Shown here one piece after another: positions 39,624 to 51,585 of a DNA stretch of 64,000 nt. The notes under the pieces are model-generated. The model worked only from the letters and a program-made list of their open reading frames with translations, had not been told where the DNA came from and did not search any database. Position 1 is the stretch's first letter. Each line of letters starts with the position of its first letter. The position numbers and the translations under genes are program-made. Source of the DNA: Nitrospirales bacterium (GTDB taxonomy: Bacteria; Nitrospirota; Nitrospiria; Nitrospirales; UBA8639); NCBI GenBank assembly GCA_963555755.3, contig OY820905.2, forward strand, positions 1,728,001 through 1,792,000, in the 5' to 3' direction.

Positions 39624-39671
39624 CTGCTCGTTTATCCTAATTTCCGTTTATGGCACGACAGCTGCTAATGC

Positions 39672-40076
39672 TTACCATACATGACACAACACTTCGCCAC
39701 CCATCCCATTTTTCCGTGCTTCCTGATCGGTGACGACACCTTTTGAGGTGGAAATCAATGCCACACCTAATCCACCCATCACACGAGGAATTTCTGATTT
39801 TCCAACATATTTTCGATATCCTGGCTTACTTATCCGCTTAATCCCGCCCAGAATAGGTTTTTTCTCTCTGCCAGGATGATACCGCAACGTGACCGTCAAT
39901 CCAGGGTGGCCATTAAGCGTGGTCTGCTCAAAGCCATGAATAAAACCCTCAGATTGAAAAACAGACAGAATTTTTGCTTTTAACTTAGAAGCCGGAATAC
40001 CCACTGTCGGATGACCACGCCCCCCAGCATTTAGCAGGCGAACAAACAAATCAGCAACAGGATCGGTCATTGACAT
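39672..40076 (-). CDS. rpsH: 30S ribosomal protein S8
   Basis: TDPVAD, ISKPG, STSKG, GGEVLC. Confidence 0.97.
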   Translation of the reverse strand: MSMTDPVADLFVRLLNAGGRGHPTVGIPASKLKAKILSVFQSEGFIHGFEQTTLNGHPGLTVTLRYHPGREKKPILGGIKRISKPGYRKYVGKSEIPRVMGGLGVALISTSKGVVTDQEARKNGMGGEVLCHVW

Positions 40077-40100
40077 ATGCGTTCCTCACTTAGAAAAAAG

Positions 40101-40259
40101 GTCACTACTCAGGTCACTTCCCTTTTGCCACAGGACAGCGTTCCTGTGGTGCTCGAATCCTCATCCTTCGAAGGACCTCAGGAAAACAGGCAAAGGGGAT
40201 GGGTTCTGCGCTCCTCGCGCCCTGTCCTGAGCCAAAATTGAAGCACCCTGAGTAGTTAC
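40101..40259 (-). mobile_element. MITE family E copy 2 between rpsN and rpsH
   Basis: TIR GTCACTACTCAGG / CCTGAGTAGTTAC; perfect 8-bp duplication GAAAAAAG. Confidence 0.9.
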
Positions 40260-40287
40260 GAAAAAAGTTGGCCACAATCAAAACGAC

Positions 40288-40473
40288 TTACCAACTTGAC
40301 TTCGTGACTCCAGGGATGTCCCCACGAAGACTATGGAATCGAAAACAGATTCGGCACATATGGAATCGACGCAAAAACGCTCGAACTCTTCCACACAAAG
40401 TACAACGGTTGTATCGCCGAACCGGAAATTTTGGTTCGAGGGCCGCTTTGTTTCGTAATGCTTTTCTTGCCAC
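40288..40473 (-). CDS. rpsN: 30S ribosomal protein S14 (short Zn-binding type Z)
   Basis: 61 aa, RCTLCGR...CRIC. Confidence 0.96.
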   Translation of the reverse strand: MARKALRNKAALEPKFPVRRYNRCTLCGRVRAFLRRFHMCRICFRFHSLRGDIPGVTKSSW

Positions 40474-40508
40474 AAGTTACTCCAACACAATCCATTGGGT
40501 GAATCAGA

Positions 40509-41099
40509 TCAACGAAAAGGCATCCCTAAATGGGCCAACAGCGCTTTGGCCTCATCATTACGGTTTGCACTGGTCACAATGGTAATATCCATTCCATGAA
40601 TCGATGCCACATCATCATACTTTATTTCAGGAAACGTTAATTGTTCCTTAAGCCCAAGCGTATAATTCCCACGCCCGTCAAAAGCCTTGGGAGACACTCC
40701 ACGAAAATCTCTGATGCGTGGCAAGGCAATATTCATCAATCGATCCAGGAATTCATACATATAATTCCCCCGAAGAGTGACTTTGGCTCCAATAGCCATC
40801 CCTTCCCGCAACTTAAACCCGGCAATGGCTTTTTTTGCTCTGGTCACAACGGGCTTTTGACCGGTAATCACCGAGAGTTCAGACACCGCACTTTCTAGAA
40901 GCTTGGCATTCTGAACGGCCTCTCCCATTCCCACATTCAGCACCACACGATCCAATCGAGGAACCTGCATATGATTTCGATAGGCAAATTCCTTGATCAT
41001 CTTGGGAATGACTTCGTTCCGGTATTTCTCCTTCAGCCGTGGAAGCGACTGTCCATTTGATGAAGACGGCTCAGCTGTACTCGTTTGCTTCTTACTCAT
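40509..41099 (-). CDS. rplE: 50S ribosomal protein L5
   Basis: [20 protein letters not shown]. Confidence 0.98.
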   Translation of the reverse strand: MSKKQTSTAEPSSSNGQSLPRLKEKYRNEVIPKMIKEFAYRNHMQVPRLDRVVLNVGMGEAVQNAKLLESAVSELSVITGQKPVVTRAKKAIAGFKLREGMAIGAKVTLRGNYMYEFLDRLMNIALPRIRDFRGVSPKAFDGRGNYTLGLKEQLTFPEIKYDDVASIHGMDITIVTSANRNDEAKALLAHLGMPFR

Positions 41100-41467
41100 C
41101 AGACTTTATCCAAAATTTCTTCAGGACTCTTTCGAAGAACCCTGACGCGCCGCCCATCATCCAACACTTTAATACCAACCCGAGACGGCCGCTGAACACC
41201 CTGGGAATAAATCATGACATTGGAGATGGCGAACGGCGCTTCACGTTCCAAAATACCCCCCTGTTTATGCTTTTGTGTCGGCTTTGTATGACGCTTGATA
41301 ATATTCAACTTTTCAACCGTCACTCTTCCGGTACGAGAAAATACCCCCAACACCTTGCCGGTTTTACCCTTTTCACGCCCGGCAATTACCATGACCGTAT
41401 CCCCTTTTTTGATCCGAGTCTTCTGGCGAACAGGTCCAGAGTTCTTCCTTCCGAGACTGCGCGCCAT
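41099..41467 (-). CDS. rplX: 50S ribosomal protein L24
   Basis: [20 protein letters not shown] motif. Confidence 0.96.
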   Translation of the reverse strand: MARSLGRKNSGPVRQKTRIKKGDTVMVIAGREKGKTGKVLGVFSRTGRVTVEKLNIIKRHTKPTQKHKQGGILEREAPFAISNVMIYSQGVQRPSRVGIKVLDDGRRVRVLRKSPEEILDKV

Positions 41468-41835
41468 TATATAACCTCAGGAGCAAGTGAAACAATTTTC
41501 ATAAACTTCTTTTTGCGCAACTCTCTGGCGACTGGCCCAAAAATCCTAGTTCCAACCGGATCGCCTTTGTCATTGACCAGTACACAGGCATTTCGATCAA
41601 AGCGTATATAGGACCCGTCTTCCCGACGGGCGCTCTTCTTGGTTCGCACAATCACCGCCTTCACCACTTGCCCTTTTTTAACGGCCGCTTTTGGGATGGC
41701 CTCTCGGACTGATACGACAATAATATCGCCAATCCCGCCATACCGCCGTCGCGTTCCGCCCAACACATGAAAACACCGGACACTTTTGGCCCCGGAATTA
41801 TCTGCTACATCAAGGTAGGTATAATTTTGAATCAT
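41467..41835 (-). CDS. rplN: 50S ribosomal protein L14
   Basis: [21 protein letters not shown]. Confidence 0.98.
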   Translation of the reverse strand: MIQNYTYLDVADNSGAKSVRCFHVLGGTRRRYGGIGDIIVVSVREAIPKAAVKKGQVVKAVIVRTKKSARREDGSYIRFDRNACVLVNDKGDPVGTRIFGPVARELRKKKFMKIVSLAPEVI

Positions 41836-41870
41836 CGCTATTCACTACTCCCAACATAGAGGAAACCCAT

Positions 41871-42149
41871 CTATGCCTGTTGAGACTTTTCGCCTCGTTC
41901 GATCACTGCCGCAACACGCCAATGTTTATCTTTGCTCAAAGGACGGGTTTCAACAATTTTCACACGATCTCCAATTTTCGATTCATTTTTCTCATCATGC
42001 GCTTTCAAAGTGGACACCAGACGAACGACCTTCCCATACAAGGGATGAGGCACGAATCTTGTAATGGCCACCACAACCGTTTTTTCCATCTTATCTTTGA
42101 CAACTTTTCCATACGTCACACGTTGTCTACGACGCTTCACATTAGTCAT
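41871..42149 (-). CDS. rpsQ: 30S ribosomal protein S17
   Basis: [21 protein letters not shown]. Confidence 0.97.
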   Translation of the reverse strand: MTNVKRRRQRVTYGKVVKDKMEKTVVVAITRFVPHPLYGKVVRLVSTLKAHDEKNESKIGDRVKIVETRPLSKDKHWRVAAVIERGEKSQQA

Positions 42150-42170
42150 TCTTTCGCACCTATACTCCCC

Positions 42171-42371
42171 TCATCGCGCCGCGTCCAACTCCTTCTCACG
42201 AAGGACTGTCCGAGCTCGGGCCACATCACGCCGGACTTGCCGAATTCGCATAGGATTTTCAATTCTTCCCAAGGCCAGTTGACATCGAAGATGAAACAAC
42301 TCTTCCTTCAGGCCGTGAACTTTCCCTACAATCTCTTCTAATTCCATTCCTCTGAGTTCTTGAATATCCAT
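42171..42371 (-). CDS. rpmC: 50S ribosomal protein L29
   Basis: ELFHLR, IRQVRRDVAR; synteny. Confidence 0.94.
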   Translation of the reverse strand: MDIQELRGMELEEIVGKVHGLKEELFHLRCQLALGRIENPMRIRQVRRDVARARTVLREKELDAAR

Positions 42372-42382
42372 ACAGCTCTACC

Positions 42383-42802
42383 TTAGATTCCCAGCTCCCC
42401 ACGAACCACAAACTTCGTGGCCAAGGGCAATTTATGTCCAGCCAGACGAAAGGCTTCCTCCGCCACACTTCGACTCACATCGTCCATTTCATAGAGTATT
42501 CGACCGGGCTTAACCACAGCCACCCAAAACTCTGGACTACCCTTCCCTTTTCCCATTCTAACTTCAGCGGGCTTTTTGGTAACCGGCTTATCCGGAAAAA
42601 TACGGGTCCAAATACGCCCGCCACGCTTAACATAACGCGTCATGGCAATTCTGGCTGCCTCAATCTGTCTGGCAGTAATTCGTCCAGGCTCGAGTACCTT
42701 CAGACCAAACTGGCCAAACGACACGTCTCCACCACGGTAGGCCTTTCCATACATCCGGCCTTTATGAACTTTTCGATATTTAACTTTTTTGGGTGCTAAC
42801 AT
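42383..42802 (-). CDS. rplP: 50S ribosomal protein L16
   Basis: [16 protein letters not shown]. Confidence 0.98.
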   Translation of the reverse strand: MLAPKKVKYRKVHKGRMYGKAYRGGDVSFGQFGLKVLEPGRITARQIEAARIAMTRYVKRGGRIWTRIFPDKPVTKKPAEVRMGKGKGSPEFWVAVVKPGRILYEMDDVSRSVAEEAFRLAGHKLPLATKFVVRGELGI

Positions 42803-42824
42803 AATAAATTACATTTTCCCGTTT

Positions 42825-43490
42825 TCACAATAAGGCAAGAGAAGGCTCACCTTTACTTGAAGAAGGCAGCTCCGCATCACCTTTATAAATCCAAGTCTTC
42901 ACACCAATGATCCCCATGGTCGTATGGGATTCCGCAAAACCATAATCAACATCGGCGCGAAGGGTATGAAGCGGGACACGACCCTCTCGGTACCATTCCG
43001 TCCTGGCAATTTCATTTCCCCCAAGTCGCCCCGCGCACGACACCCGTATCCCTTTGGCACCCAATCGCAAGGCCGCCGCAACACTTCGCTTCATCGCCCG
43101 ACGAAACGAGACACGTTTTTCCAACTGTAAGGCAATATTTTCGGCTACCAATTGCGCATCCAACTCTGGTTTTTTAATTTCCTTGACCGTGACGTACACC
43201 TCACGACCATATTTCTGCTCAAGCAAGGCCTTCAACTTATCGACTTCAGCGCCCTTCCTGCCAATGATAATACCAGGACGTGCGGTATGAATAATGGTTT
43301 TAACCTGATTGCCTGATCGCTCTATTTCCACACGAGAAATGCCGGCATGATACAATCTGGTTTTAACAATTTTTCGGATCTGCACATCCTCGTGAAGGAG
43401 TTTCACAAAATCTTTTTTGGCATACCACCGGGAATTCCATGACCTGGTATACCCAAGCCTAAAGCCATATGGATGTGTTTTTTGACCCAT
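42825..43490 (-). CDS. rpsC: 30S ribosomal protein S3
   Basis: [17 protein letters not shown]. Confidence 0.98.
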   Translation of the reverse strand: MGQKTHPYGFRLGYTRSWNSRWYAKKDFVKLLHEDVQIRKIVKTRLYHAGISRVEIERSGNQVKTIIHTARPGIIIGRKGAEVDKLKALLEQKYGREVYVTVKEIKKPELDAQLVAENIALQLEKRVSFRRAMKRSVAAALRLGAKGIRVSCAGRLGGNEIARTEWYREGRVPLHTLRADVDYGFAESHTTMGIIGVKTWIYKGDAELPSSSKGEPSLALL

Positions 43491-43555
43491 AAATTCAGTC
43501 TACTCCTCTACATGCTAAACTGGATGTCCTACACATTCTGTCAGCGTCATGACCC

Positions 43556-43900
43556 TCAAGAACCCTCGGATGATGCCACGACGATCGTCACATGACTCGT
43601 CCGTTTAAGAATGGGATTGGCACGCCCCATGGACCGAGCCCGAAAGCGTTTTAACACTGGACCACCATCAACATAGGCCCTGACAATCCGCAAAGAATCA
43701 GAATCGCCTAGCTCCTTTTGCCCCGCATTCGCCACGGCAGATTGAAGGAGTTTTTCCACCACAGGTGAGGCAGCTCGATGAAGATACTTGAGAAGCGTTA
43801 AGGCTTCAGGCACCTCACGGCCACGGATCAAATCAATTACCATCCGCATCTTCCTTGGAGTCATTCGTACAAAACGAAGGACCGCACTTGCTTCAGCCAT
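43556..43900 (-). CDS. rplV: 50S ribosomal protein L22
   Basis: TPRKMR, SAVANA, KRTSHVT. Confidence 0.97.
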   Translation of the reverse strand: MAEASAVLRFVRMTPRKMRMVIDLIRGREVPEALTLLKYLHRAASPVVEKLLQSAVANAGQKELGDSDSLRIVRAYVDGGPVLKRFRARSMGRANPILKRTSHVTIVVASSEGS

Positions 43901-43919
43901 AGACCGTCTTCCCTTCTTT

Positions 43920-44207
43920 CTACTTCAGAGCAACCGCTTTTTCAGATCTCGCGGCCCCATGACCTTTAAAGAACCGGGTAGGAGCAAACTCACCAAGTTT
44001 ATGCCCAACCATATTTTCAGTCACATACACAGGAATAAACTTCCGTCCGTTATGAACGGCAAATGTGTGGCCGATCATTTCAGGAATCACCGTCGAACGA
44101 CGCGACCAGGTTTTAATTAACTTATGGTCGCGGGCGTCATTCATTTTTTCGACCTTCTTCAACAGATGGTCGTCAACAAATGGCCCTTTCCGAATTGAAC
44201 GAGGCAT
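43920..44207 (-). CDS. rpsS: 30S ribosomal protein S19
   Basis: [18 protein letters not shown]. Confidence 0.98.
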   Translation of the reverse strand: MPRSIRKGPFVDDHLLKKVEKMNDARDHKLIKTWSRRSTVIPEMIGHTFAVHNGRKFIPVYVTENMVGHKLGEFAPTRFFKGHGAARSEKAVALK

Positions 44208-44225
44208 ACAAGACTCCGCGCGGGA

Positions 44226-45056
44226 CTATTTTTTCCGCCGTGAAATAATAAATCGAGAAGAAGCTTTTTTCTTTTTACGCGTTTTGAAACCCTTGGTTGG
44301 AAGACCCCATGGTGAAACCGGATGGGGATTCCCCTGACCGGACTTCCCTTCCCCACCTCCATGAGGATGGTCAACGGGATTCATCACCACACCTCGAACG
44401 TGTGGCATTTTCCCAAGCCAACGAGAACGCCCAGCCTTCCCAATACTGACATTTCCATGATCCAAATTCCCCACTTGCCCAACAGTCGCCATGCAGGTCC
44501 CTAAAATCCGCCTCATCTCTCCAGAAGTCAGTCGAACCTGAATGTAATGACCTTCCCGACCCATGACCTGCGCTGACGCGCCTGCGCTTCGAGCCAATTG
44601 CCCACCCTTGCCTGGTTTGAGTTCAATATTATGAATGGTCGTCCCCAGGGGCATGGCAGAAAGTGGAAGGGCATTTCCCGGTTGAATATCAGCACCAATT
44701 CCTGCCTGAACCATTGCCCCAACTTCCAACCCAACCGGGGAAAGGATGTATCGCTTTTCTCCATCGACATAATGGAGTAACGCAATCCTCGCAGACCGAT
44801 TTGGATCATATTCAATGCGAGCAACCTTAGCAGGCACGTTAAACTTATTCCGCTTAAAATCAATTTGCCGATACAGCCGCTTATGACCACCACCACGAAA
44901 TCGGACCGTAATCCGACCTTGGTTATTCCGCCCGCCAGTCTGGGCCTGCTTTTTCGTCAGGCCTTTCTCAGGACGTTCAGACGACAGCTTTTCGCCAACA
45001 ATGGCCGTCATACCCCGACGTCCTGGGGATGTAGGTCTGTATGGTTTTACTGGCAT
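44226..45056 (-). CDS. rplB: 50S ribosomal protein L2
   Basis: [21 protein letters not shown]. Confidence 0.98.
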   Translation of the reverse strand: MPVKPYRPTSPGRRGMTAIVGEKLSSERPEKGLTKKQAQTGGRNNQGRITVRFRGGGHKRLYRQIDFKRNKFNVPAKVARIEYDPNRSARIALLHYVDGEKRYILSPVGLEVGAMVQAGIGADIQPGNALPLSAMPLGTTIHNIELKPGKGGQLARSAGASAQVMGREGHYIQVRLTSGEMRRILGTCMATVGQVGNLDHGNVSIGKAGRSRWLGKMPHVRGVVMNPVDHPHGGGEGKSGQGNPHPVSPWGLPTKGFKTRKKKKASSRFIISRRKK

Positions 45057-45104
45057 TATTTTTCCGTTTTCCTTATGACCACAGTTCTATCACGCACCAC
45101 GATT

Positions 45105-45407
45105 CTATGCACTTTCATAGAGGTCAAGCTTTTCACCTTCTCGAAGCGTGATGATTGCCTTTTTCCAATCTGCACGTTTCCCCACAAATCGACCTTGTCG
45201 CTTCTTCTTCCCCATCATATTCATGACATTCACCGTCTTGACCTTTACCTTCAAGACAGATTCCACGGCATGTCGAACTTCAACCCGACTGGCATCCTTC
45301 CTGACAACAAAAGCGATCCGATTGGCCTGCTCCTGAAGACGGGTAATTTTCTCAGTCAAAAGAGGTTTAATGAGAATATCAAAAGGATCGCGCGTTTTTA
45401 TGCCCAT
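45105..45407 (-). CDS. rplW: 50S ribosomal protein L23
   Basis: PLLTEK, WKKAIITL. Confidence 0.96.
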   Translation of the reverse strand: MGIKTRDPFDILIKPLLTEKITRLQEQANRIAFVVRKDASRVEVRHAVESVLKVKVKTVNVMNMMGKKKRQGRFVGKRADWKKAIITLREGEKLDLYESA

Positions 45408-46021
45408 AACTCCTGAACCTTTTCCACTTGATCTTTCAAAATAACAAGCGACTCATAACGAAGAACGTCGTAAACCGTCAACTCACTAGGCCTGACAACC
45501 TTCACGTATTTCAAATTCCGCACAGCCCGATATAAACTGACATTCCCTTCACCTACCACTAACAAGACCGAACGACTCAAACCAAACTTGGCTAATGCCG
45601 CAGCAACCTGCTTCGTCTTAGGCTCCGAAAGAGGCAATTCAGAAAGTATGGTCAATTCACCATCAGACTGCTTTGAAGAGAGCGCACTTTGCATTGCGCC
45701 TCGATACATTTTCTTGGGTATGGAAAAATCATATCCGCGGGGCCGAGGTCCAAAGACGATTCCCCCGTGGCGCCAAATGGGAGATCGTATCGATCCGGCA
45801 CGGGCCCGGCCAGTATGCTTTTGCTTCCACGGCTTTTTACCGCTCCCATGTACTTCACCACGCCCCTTAGTGCTGGCGGTTCCCTGACGAGTTGAGGCAC
45901 GTTGCATAACCACAGCCGTATGAACCAAAGACCCTTTTATTGGGACCCCAAAAACCGAATCACTCAGATCGATTGACCCGACCGTATTTTTCGCTGTATC
46001 CACCACATCAACAGTAGCCAT
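45398..46021 (-). CDS. rplD: 50S ribosomal protein L4
   Basis: KPWKQKHTGRARAGS, FGPRPR. Confidence 0.97.
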   Translation of the reverse strand: MATVDVVDTAKNTVGSIDLSDSVFGVPIKGSLVHTAVVMQRASTRQGTASTKGRGEVHGSGKKPWKQKHTGRARAGSIRSPIWRHGGIVFGPRPRGYDFSIPKKMYRGAMQSALSSKQSDGELTILSELPLSEPKTKQVAAALAKFGLSRSVLLVVGEGNVSLYRAVRNLKYVKVVRPSELTVYDVLRYESLVILKDQVEKVQELWA

Positions 46022-46026
46022 AGACG

Positions 46027-46653
46027 TTACTTTTTCTGAGCCTTTTGAATGATGACATAACCACCAGGAGGACCGGGAATGGCTCCTGAGATCAACAAGA
46101 GGTTTTCCTCTGGGCGCACTTCAATCACTTTCAAACCTTGCACGGTCACACGCTTGGCACCCATTTGCCCGGGAAGCTTCTTCCCTTTCCATACCCTCGA
46201 AGGATACGAACTGGCACCCATAGAGCCTGGTTCCCGATGAAACATTGACCCATGGGAAGCAGGTCCACCAGCAAAATTGTGTCGTTTCATCACTCCCTGA
46301 AAACCCTTCCCCTTCGACACACCTTGCACATGAACTATTTCACCTTTTTCAAACAGCTCAACGGATAACGTATCACCGACTTGATGCTCAGTTGGTCCAC
46401 GAAATTCTTTTAAAATTTTCCAAAATTTATTAGTACCGGAAGCCCGAAGATGCCCAATTTCCGCTTTGGATAATTTTCGCTCCTTCACCTCTCGATATCC
46501 TAATTGAATCGCCTGATATCCATCGCGCTCTAAGGTCTTAATTGCCGTGACATTACAAGGCCCAGCCTCGACAACGGTCACGGGATATAAACGACGGTCA
46601 GCATCGTAGACCTGAGTCATTCCCAATTTTTTCCCCAACAAACTAGTACTCAT
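46027..46653 (-). CDS. rplC: 50S ribosomal protein L3
   Basis: GKKLGMTQ, SKGKGFQG, GAIPG. Confidence 0.97.
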   Translation of the reverse strand: MSTSLLGKKLGMTQVYDADRRLYPVTVVEAGPCNVTAIKTLERDGYQAIQLGYREVKERKLSKAEIGHLRASGTNKFWKILKEFRGPTEHQVGDTLSVELFEKGEIVHVQGVSKGKGFQGVMKRHNFAGGPASHGSMFHREPGSMGASSYPSRVWKGKKLPGQMGAKRVTVQGLKVIEVRPEENLLLISGAIPGPPGGYVIIQKAQKK

Positions 46654-46702
46654 CAAACAATTTCCCCACCCAAGCAAGACTCATAGCCAAAAGGTGATTG
46701 CA

Positions 46703-47017
46703 TTACAATTTAATCTCGACGTCCACTCCGGCAGCAAGACTTAATTTCATAAGCGCATCCATGGTATCCGGAGTTGGTTCAAGAATATCCAACAGCCGTT
46801 TATGGGTACGAATCTCAAATTGCTCCCTGGATTTTTTATCGGCGTGGGTAGAGCGCTGAACCGTGAACTTCTCGATTCGAGTTGGAAGAGGAACGGGCCC
46901 CGCCACCCTTGCACCCGTTTGCTTGACAGTATCCACAATCTCCCTCACCGACTGATCGAGAACCCGGTAATCAAAACCTTTTAACCGGATACGAATTCGT
47001 TGATCTACACTTACCAC
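46703..47017 (-). CDS. rpsJ: 30S ribosomal protein S10
   Basis: [28 protein letters not shown] after GGAGG. Confidence 0.97.
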   Translation of the reverse strand: MVSVDQRIRIRLKGFDYRVLDQSVREIVDTVKQTGARVAGPVPLPTRIEKFTVQRSTHADKKSREQFEIRTHKRLLDILEPTPDTMDALMKLSLAAGVDVEIKL

Positions 47018-47040
47018 GCGCAAGCCTCCCTATACCCAAA

Positions 47041-48246
47041 TTACCCTAAGATTTCCGTGACCACACCGGCGCCCACCGTGCGGCCACCTTCCCGCACCGC
47101 AAACCGCACACCCTTCTCCATCGCAATCGGCGCAATCAATTCCCCCGTAAACGTCGTGTTATCGCCCGGCATCACCATCTCGACCCCTTCGGCCAAGTTC
47201 ACAATGCCCGTCACGTCGGTCGTCCGAAAGTAAAACTGGGGACGATACCCATTGAAAAACGGCGTGTGCCGCCCACCTTCATCCTTGTTTAACACGTACA
47301 CTTCGGCTTTGAACTTCGTATGCGGGGTAATACTCTTCGGCTTCGCCAGCACCATCCCCCGCTCCACTTCGTCCTTCTTCGTCCCCCGCAACAGGGCCCC
47401 AATGTTATCCCCGGCTTGCCCATCATCCAACACTTTCCGGAACATCTCCACCCCTGTCACCGTCGTGGTCCGCGTATCGGCTAATCCGACAATTTCAATT
47501 TCATCCCCCACCTTGACCTTCCCACGTTCGACCCGCCCGGTCACCACGGTGCCCCGACCGCTGATCGTAAATACATCTTCAATGGGCATCAGGAAGGGTT
47601 TGTCAATGGCCCGCTCTGGCATCGGAATATACGAATCAACGGCTTCCAAGAGCTTCAGAATCGAGGGCACGCCAATGTCGCTGGTGTCCCCTTCGAGCGC
47701 TTTGATCGCCGAGCCGGTTATAATGGGAATGTCATCCCCTGGGAATTGATACTTCGACAACAACTCGCGCACTTCGAGTTCGACTAACTCCAACAACTCA
47801 GGGTCTTCCACTTTGTCGGCTTTATTCAAGAACACGACGATGTACGGCACCCCAACTTGCCGGGCCAGCAGAATATGCTCGCGCGTTTGCGGCATCGGCC
47901 CATCCGCGGCGGAAACCACCAAAATCGCCCCATCCATTTGCGCAGCACCCGTAATCATATTCTTGACATAGTCGGCATGCCCGGGGCAGTCCACATGCGC
48001 GTAGTGCCGATTCTCGGTCTCATATTCCACATGGGAGATCGCGATGGTTAAGATCTTCGTCGGATCCCGTCGGCCTTGGGATTCACTGGCTTTGGCCACT
48101 TGATCATAGGAGACATAAGTGGCCAACCCCTTATCCCCCATCACCTTCGTCAAGGCCGAGGTGAGGGTCGTCTTCCCATGGTCCACATGCCCAATCGTCC
48201 CCACATTCAAATGCGGCTTCTTCCGATCAAATTTCGCCTTCGCCAT
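47041..48246 (-). CDS. tuf: Elongation factor Tu (str-operon copy)
   Basis: [20 protein letters not shown]; atypical switch I. Confidence 0.99.
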   Translation of the reverse strand: MAKAKFDRKKPHLNVGTIGHVDHGKTTLTSALTKVMGDKGLATYVSYDQVAKASESQGRRDPTKILTIAISHVEYETENRHYAHVDCPGHADYVKNMITGAAQMDGAILVVSAADGPMPQTREHILLARQVGVPYIVVFLNKADKVEDPELLELVELEVRELLSKYQFPGDDIPIITGSAIKALEGDTSDIGVPSILKLLEAVDSYIPMPERAIDKPFLMPIEDVFTISGRGTVVTGRVERGKVKVGDEIEIVGLADTRTTTVTGVEMFRKVLDDGQAGDNIGALLRGTKKDEVERGMVLAKPKSITPHTKFKAEVYVLNKDEGGRHTPFFNGYRPQFYFRTTDVTGIVNLAEGVEMVMPGDNTTFTGELIAPIAMEKGVRFAVREGGRTVGAGVVTEILG

Positions 48247-48348
48247 CTGCCCCTCCCTTAATGAATGCGACTCTTCTCAGGCAACACCAACAAAATATTT
48301 TTCCACCCACTAGACTCTATTCTATTATGCGTTATTCTTAATCGACGA

Positions 48349-50430
48349 CTACTCGCCACGCTGAGCCCCAATGATCTGCTCTGATATTTGCTTGGGTACT
48401 ACTTGGTATTGCTCAAATTCCATGGAATAGGTAGCGCGACCCTGGGTCTTGGATCGAAGAGTCGTGGAATATCCAAACATCTCGCTCAAAGGAACTGCGG
48501 CATCGACCGCCTGAGATCCTCCACGAGTTTGCATCCCACGAACTTTCCCTCGCCGAGAATTTAAATCTCCTATCACATCACCCATAAAATCCTGAGGGAC
48601 CAACACTTCCACCTTCATGATTGGCTCAAGCAAAGCAGGATCTGATTTTTTACAGGCACTCTCAAAGGCCATGGACCCGGCGATCTTGAATGCCATTTCA
48701 TTGGAGTCTACCTCGTGAAAGGAGCCATCAAATAGCGTCACACGGACATCACGCATGGGATACCCAGCCAGGACGCCAGATTCCATTCGCTCCTTTACCC
48801 CTTTTTCCACCGCAGGAATATATTCTCTGGGTATTATCCCACCAACGATTTTATTCACAAATTCTAGCCCCACGCCAGCCTCTGACGGCTCAACGGTTAG
48901 CACCACATGGCCATACTGACCTCTGCCACCAGACTGTTTAATATATTTTCCTTCTGCTTTACCTTTTTTTCGAATCGTCTCACGGTACGCCACTTCAGGC
49001 TTCCCAACGTTGGCTTGCACTTTAAATTCTCGGACCAACCGATCCACGATAATCTCTAAATGGAGTTCGCCCATCCCAGAAATAATGGTCTGGCCAGTTT
49101 CGTCATCAGTCCGAACGTGAAAGGACGGATCCTCCTGCGAAAGCTTCTCCAAAGAAAAACCAAGTTTCTCTAAATCCTGCTTGGTCTTCGGCTCAACGGC
49201 CATGGATATCACAGGTTCTGGGAATTTAATCACTTCCAATAAAATTTGTTTTTTTTCATCGGACAAGGTATCGCCAGTCCTTGCCCCTTTCATACCAACG
49301 GCCGCAGCAATATCCCCGGAGTACACCATGTCGATATCTTCACGCTTATTCGCATGCATTTTCAGAAGGCGACCGATGCGCTCACGTTTTCCTTGGGTCA
49401 CATTATAGACATACGAACCTGCCCCCAACTTTCCTGAATAGACGCGGATGTAGGTAAGCTGACCAGCAAACGGATCCGTCATAATCTTAAACGCCAACGC
49501 AGAAAACGGCTCTTCATCATTGGCCTTACGATGCATGACCTCACCGGAGTCCGGATCTACTCCCTGAACCTCTGGAACATCCAAAGGCGACGGCAACAGA
49601 TCAACCACAGCATCCAACAATGTCTGGACCCCTTTATTTTTAAAGGCGCTCCCACACAACACCGGCGTAATCTTCATTTGACTCGTACCTGCCCGAATCG
49701 CTCGCTTAATCTCATCCTCTTTAAGCGGCTCACCATTCAGATACTGCTCAAGGAGGATCTCGTCAAACTCGGCCACGGCATCAAGCATTTTCTCACGATA
49801 TTCTTCAGCCATCGGCAACAATTCAGAAGGGATATCCCCCACCTCAAAACTAGCACCCAAGGATTCATCGTCCCAAATGTTCGCCTTCATGGCCACCAAG
49901 TCAATAACTCCGCGAAAGTCCGCCTCCTTGCCTATGGGCAATTGCACAGGAACAGGATTTGCGCCCAATCGATCCGTGATCGTCTGAATACTGTGAAAGA
50001 AATCAGCTCCCACCCGATCCATCTTATTTAAAAAAGCAATTCGTGGAACCCGATACTTATCGGCTTGTCGCCACACCGTTTCAGATTGCGGCTCCACACC
50101 CTGAACCGAATCGAATACAGCCACGGCTCCATCCAACACACGAAGCGACCGCTCCACCTCCACCGTAAAGTCGACATGCCCGGGAGTATCAATAATATTG
50201 ATCCGATGATCTTTCCAAAAACAGGTTGTCGCAGCAGAGGTGATCGTAATTCCACGTTCACGCTCCTGTTCCATCCAATCCATTTGAGTAGCACCCTCAT
50301 GCACCTCACCCATTCGATGAGAGACACCGGTATAAAACAAAATGCGCTCAGTCGTCGTCGTTTTACCGGCATCAATGTGCGCCATGATGCCAATATTACG
50401 AGTACGATCTAATGGATATTCCCGACCCAC
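48349..50430 (-). CDS. fusA: Elongation factor G
   Basis: [32 protein letters not shown] start after GGAGG. Confidence 0.98.
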   Translation of the reverse strand: MGREYPLDRTRNIGIMAHIDAGKTTTTERILFYTGVSHRMGEVHEGATQMDWMEQERERGITITSAATTCFWKDHRINIIDTPGHVDFTVEVERSLRVLDGAVAVFDSVQGVEPQSETVWRQADKYRVPRIAFLNKMDRVGADFFHSIQTITDRLGANPVPVQLPIGKEADFRGVIDLVAMKANIWDDESLGASFEVGDIPSELLPMAEEYREKMLDAVAEFDEILLEQYLNGEPLKEDEIKRAIRAGTSQMKITPVLCGSAFKNKGVQTLLDAVVDLLPSPLDVPEVQGVDPDSGEVMHRKANDEEPFSALAFKIMTDPFAGQLTYIRVYSGKLGAGSYVYNVTQGKRERIGRLLKMHANKREDIDMVYSGDIAAAVGMKGARTGDTLSDEKKQILLEVIKFPEPVISMAVEPKTKQDLEKLGFSLEKLSQEDPSFHVRTDDETGQTIISGMGELHLEIIVDRLVREFKVQANVGKPEVAYRETIRKKGKAEGKYIKQSGGRGQYGHVVLTVEPSEAGVGLEFVNKIVGGIIPREYIPAVEKGVKERMESGVLAGYPMRDVRVTLFDGSFHEVDSNEMAFKIAGSMAFESACKKSDPALLEPIMKVEVLVPQDFMGDVIGDLNSRRGKVRGMQTRGGSQAVDAAVPLSEMFGYSTTLRSKTQGRATYSMEFEQYQVVPKQISEQIIGAQRGE

Positions 50431-50557
50431 TGTAATTCCTCTCCTCCAAAACACAGAAATGCTGCGGCGGCACCCCTACCCTTGCGATCCTCCAACATGA
50501 ACCAGGAAAAACGTTAGGGCATTACAGAGCGGGCCAACAACAGCACCCTCCTACAAT

Positions 50558-51028
50558 TCACCAACGATAATGAGCAAACGCCCGATTGGCTTCGGCCATT
50601 CTATGCGTTTCGTCACGCTTCTTGACTGCAGCGCCAGCACTATTCGCAGCATCCATCAGCTCAGCAGCAAGCTTTTCCTTCATGGTACGGCCAGACCGAG
50701 AAGAAGCGCTCTGCTTGATCCAACGGAATGCCAACGCCATCTGGCGGACAGGCCGTATTTCGACGGGCACCTGATAAGAGGCACCACCAACGCGGCGGGA
50801 TTTCACCTCGACCATCGGCTTTACATTTCCGAGGGCTGAGTGAAAGACCTTCAGCGGATCATTTCCGGTTTTAGATTGAATGACATCAAAAGCCCCGTAA
50901 CACACCGCCTGGGCAGTATTTTTCTTTCCACACGACATCAGAATATTAATAAATTTACTGACCAATACGTCGCGGAATCTTGAATCAGGCGGCGACGTTC
51001 TTTGCTCTGCACTTTGTCCACGTGCCAT
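50558..51028 (-). CDS. rpsG: 30S ribosomal protein S7
   Basis: SRRVGGASYQVP, HRMAEANRAFAH. Confidence 0.98.
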   Translation of the reverse strand: MARGQSAEQRTSPPDSRFRDVLVSKFINILMSCGKKNTAQAVCYGAFDVIQSKTGNDPLKVFHSALGNVKPMVEVKSRRVGGASYQVPVEIRPVRQMALAFRWIKQSASSRSGRTMKEKLAAELMDAANSAGAAVKKRDETHRMAEANRAFAHYRW

Positions 51029-51089
51029 ATGTGTTAGACGAACTCCTCAACAAATATTCAATACAAAAGTTGAATTGAACAAGAACCAA

Positions 51090-51461
51090 TTATTTGGGTT
51101 TCTTGGCGCCGTATTTTGATCGGCCTTGCTTTCGATTGGCCACCCCAACAGCATCCAAAGCCCCGCGAACCAAATGATATCGTACCCCAGGCAAATCCTT
51201 CACCCGTCCTCCGCGAACAAGCACGATTGAATGCTCTTGGAGGTTATGCCCCATCCCAGGAATATAGGTCGTGACCTCTACCCCAGTGGTCAAACGAACT
51301 CTCGCAACTTTCCGCAACGCTGAATTTGGCTTCTTTGGCGTGGTCGTATACACCCGCAAACACACTCCACGCCTTTGAGGACAACGATTCAACGCAGGAC
51401 TTTTGCTTTTAAACTTTGGGGGGGTTCGCCCTTTTCTGACCAACTGATTTACGGTCGGCAT
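51090..51461 (-). CDS. rpsL: 30S ribosomal protein S12
   Basis: [20 protein letters not shown]. Confidence 0.99.
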   Translation of the reverse strand: MPTVNQLVRKGRTPPKFKSKSPALNRCPQRRGVCLRVYTTTPKKPNSALRKVARVRLTTGVEVTTYIPGMGHNLQEHSIVLVRGGRVKDLPGVRYHLVRGALDAVGVANRKQGRSKYGAKKPK

Positions 51462-51529
51462 AATGGCCTCACTTGTAACAACTTACGTTTTTGTGGAATC
51501 CCGGCACACCGTCAGCGGGCAACCGGCGG

Positions 51530-51559
51530 ATTGTATGGAACCATGGACAACTATGTCAA
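51530..51559 (-). promoter_or_regulatory. Sigma70 promoter of str operon
   Basis: TTGACA-18 nt-TACAAT, ~70 nt upstream of rpsL. Confidence 0.7.
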
Positions 51560-51585
51560 GAGTAAACAAGATATTCTGACAAAAT

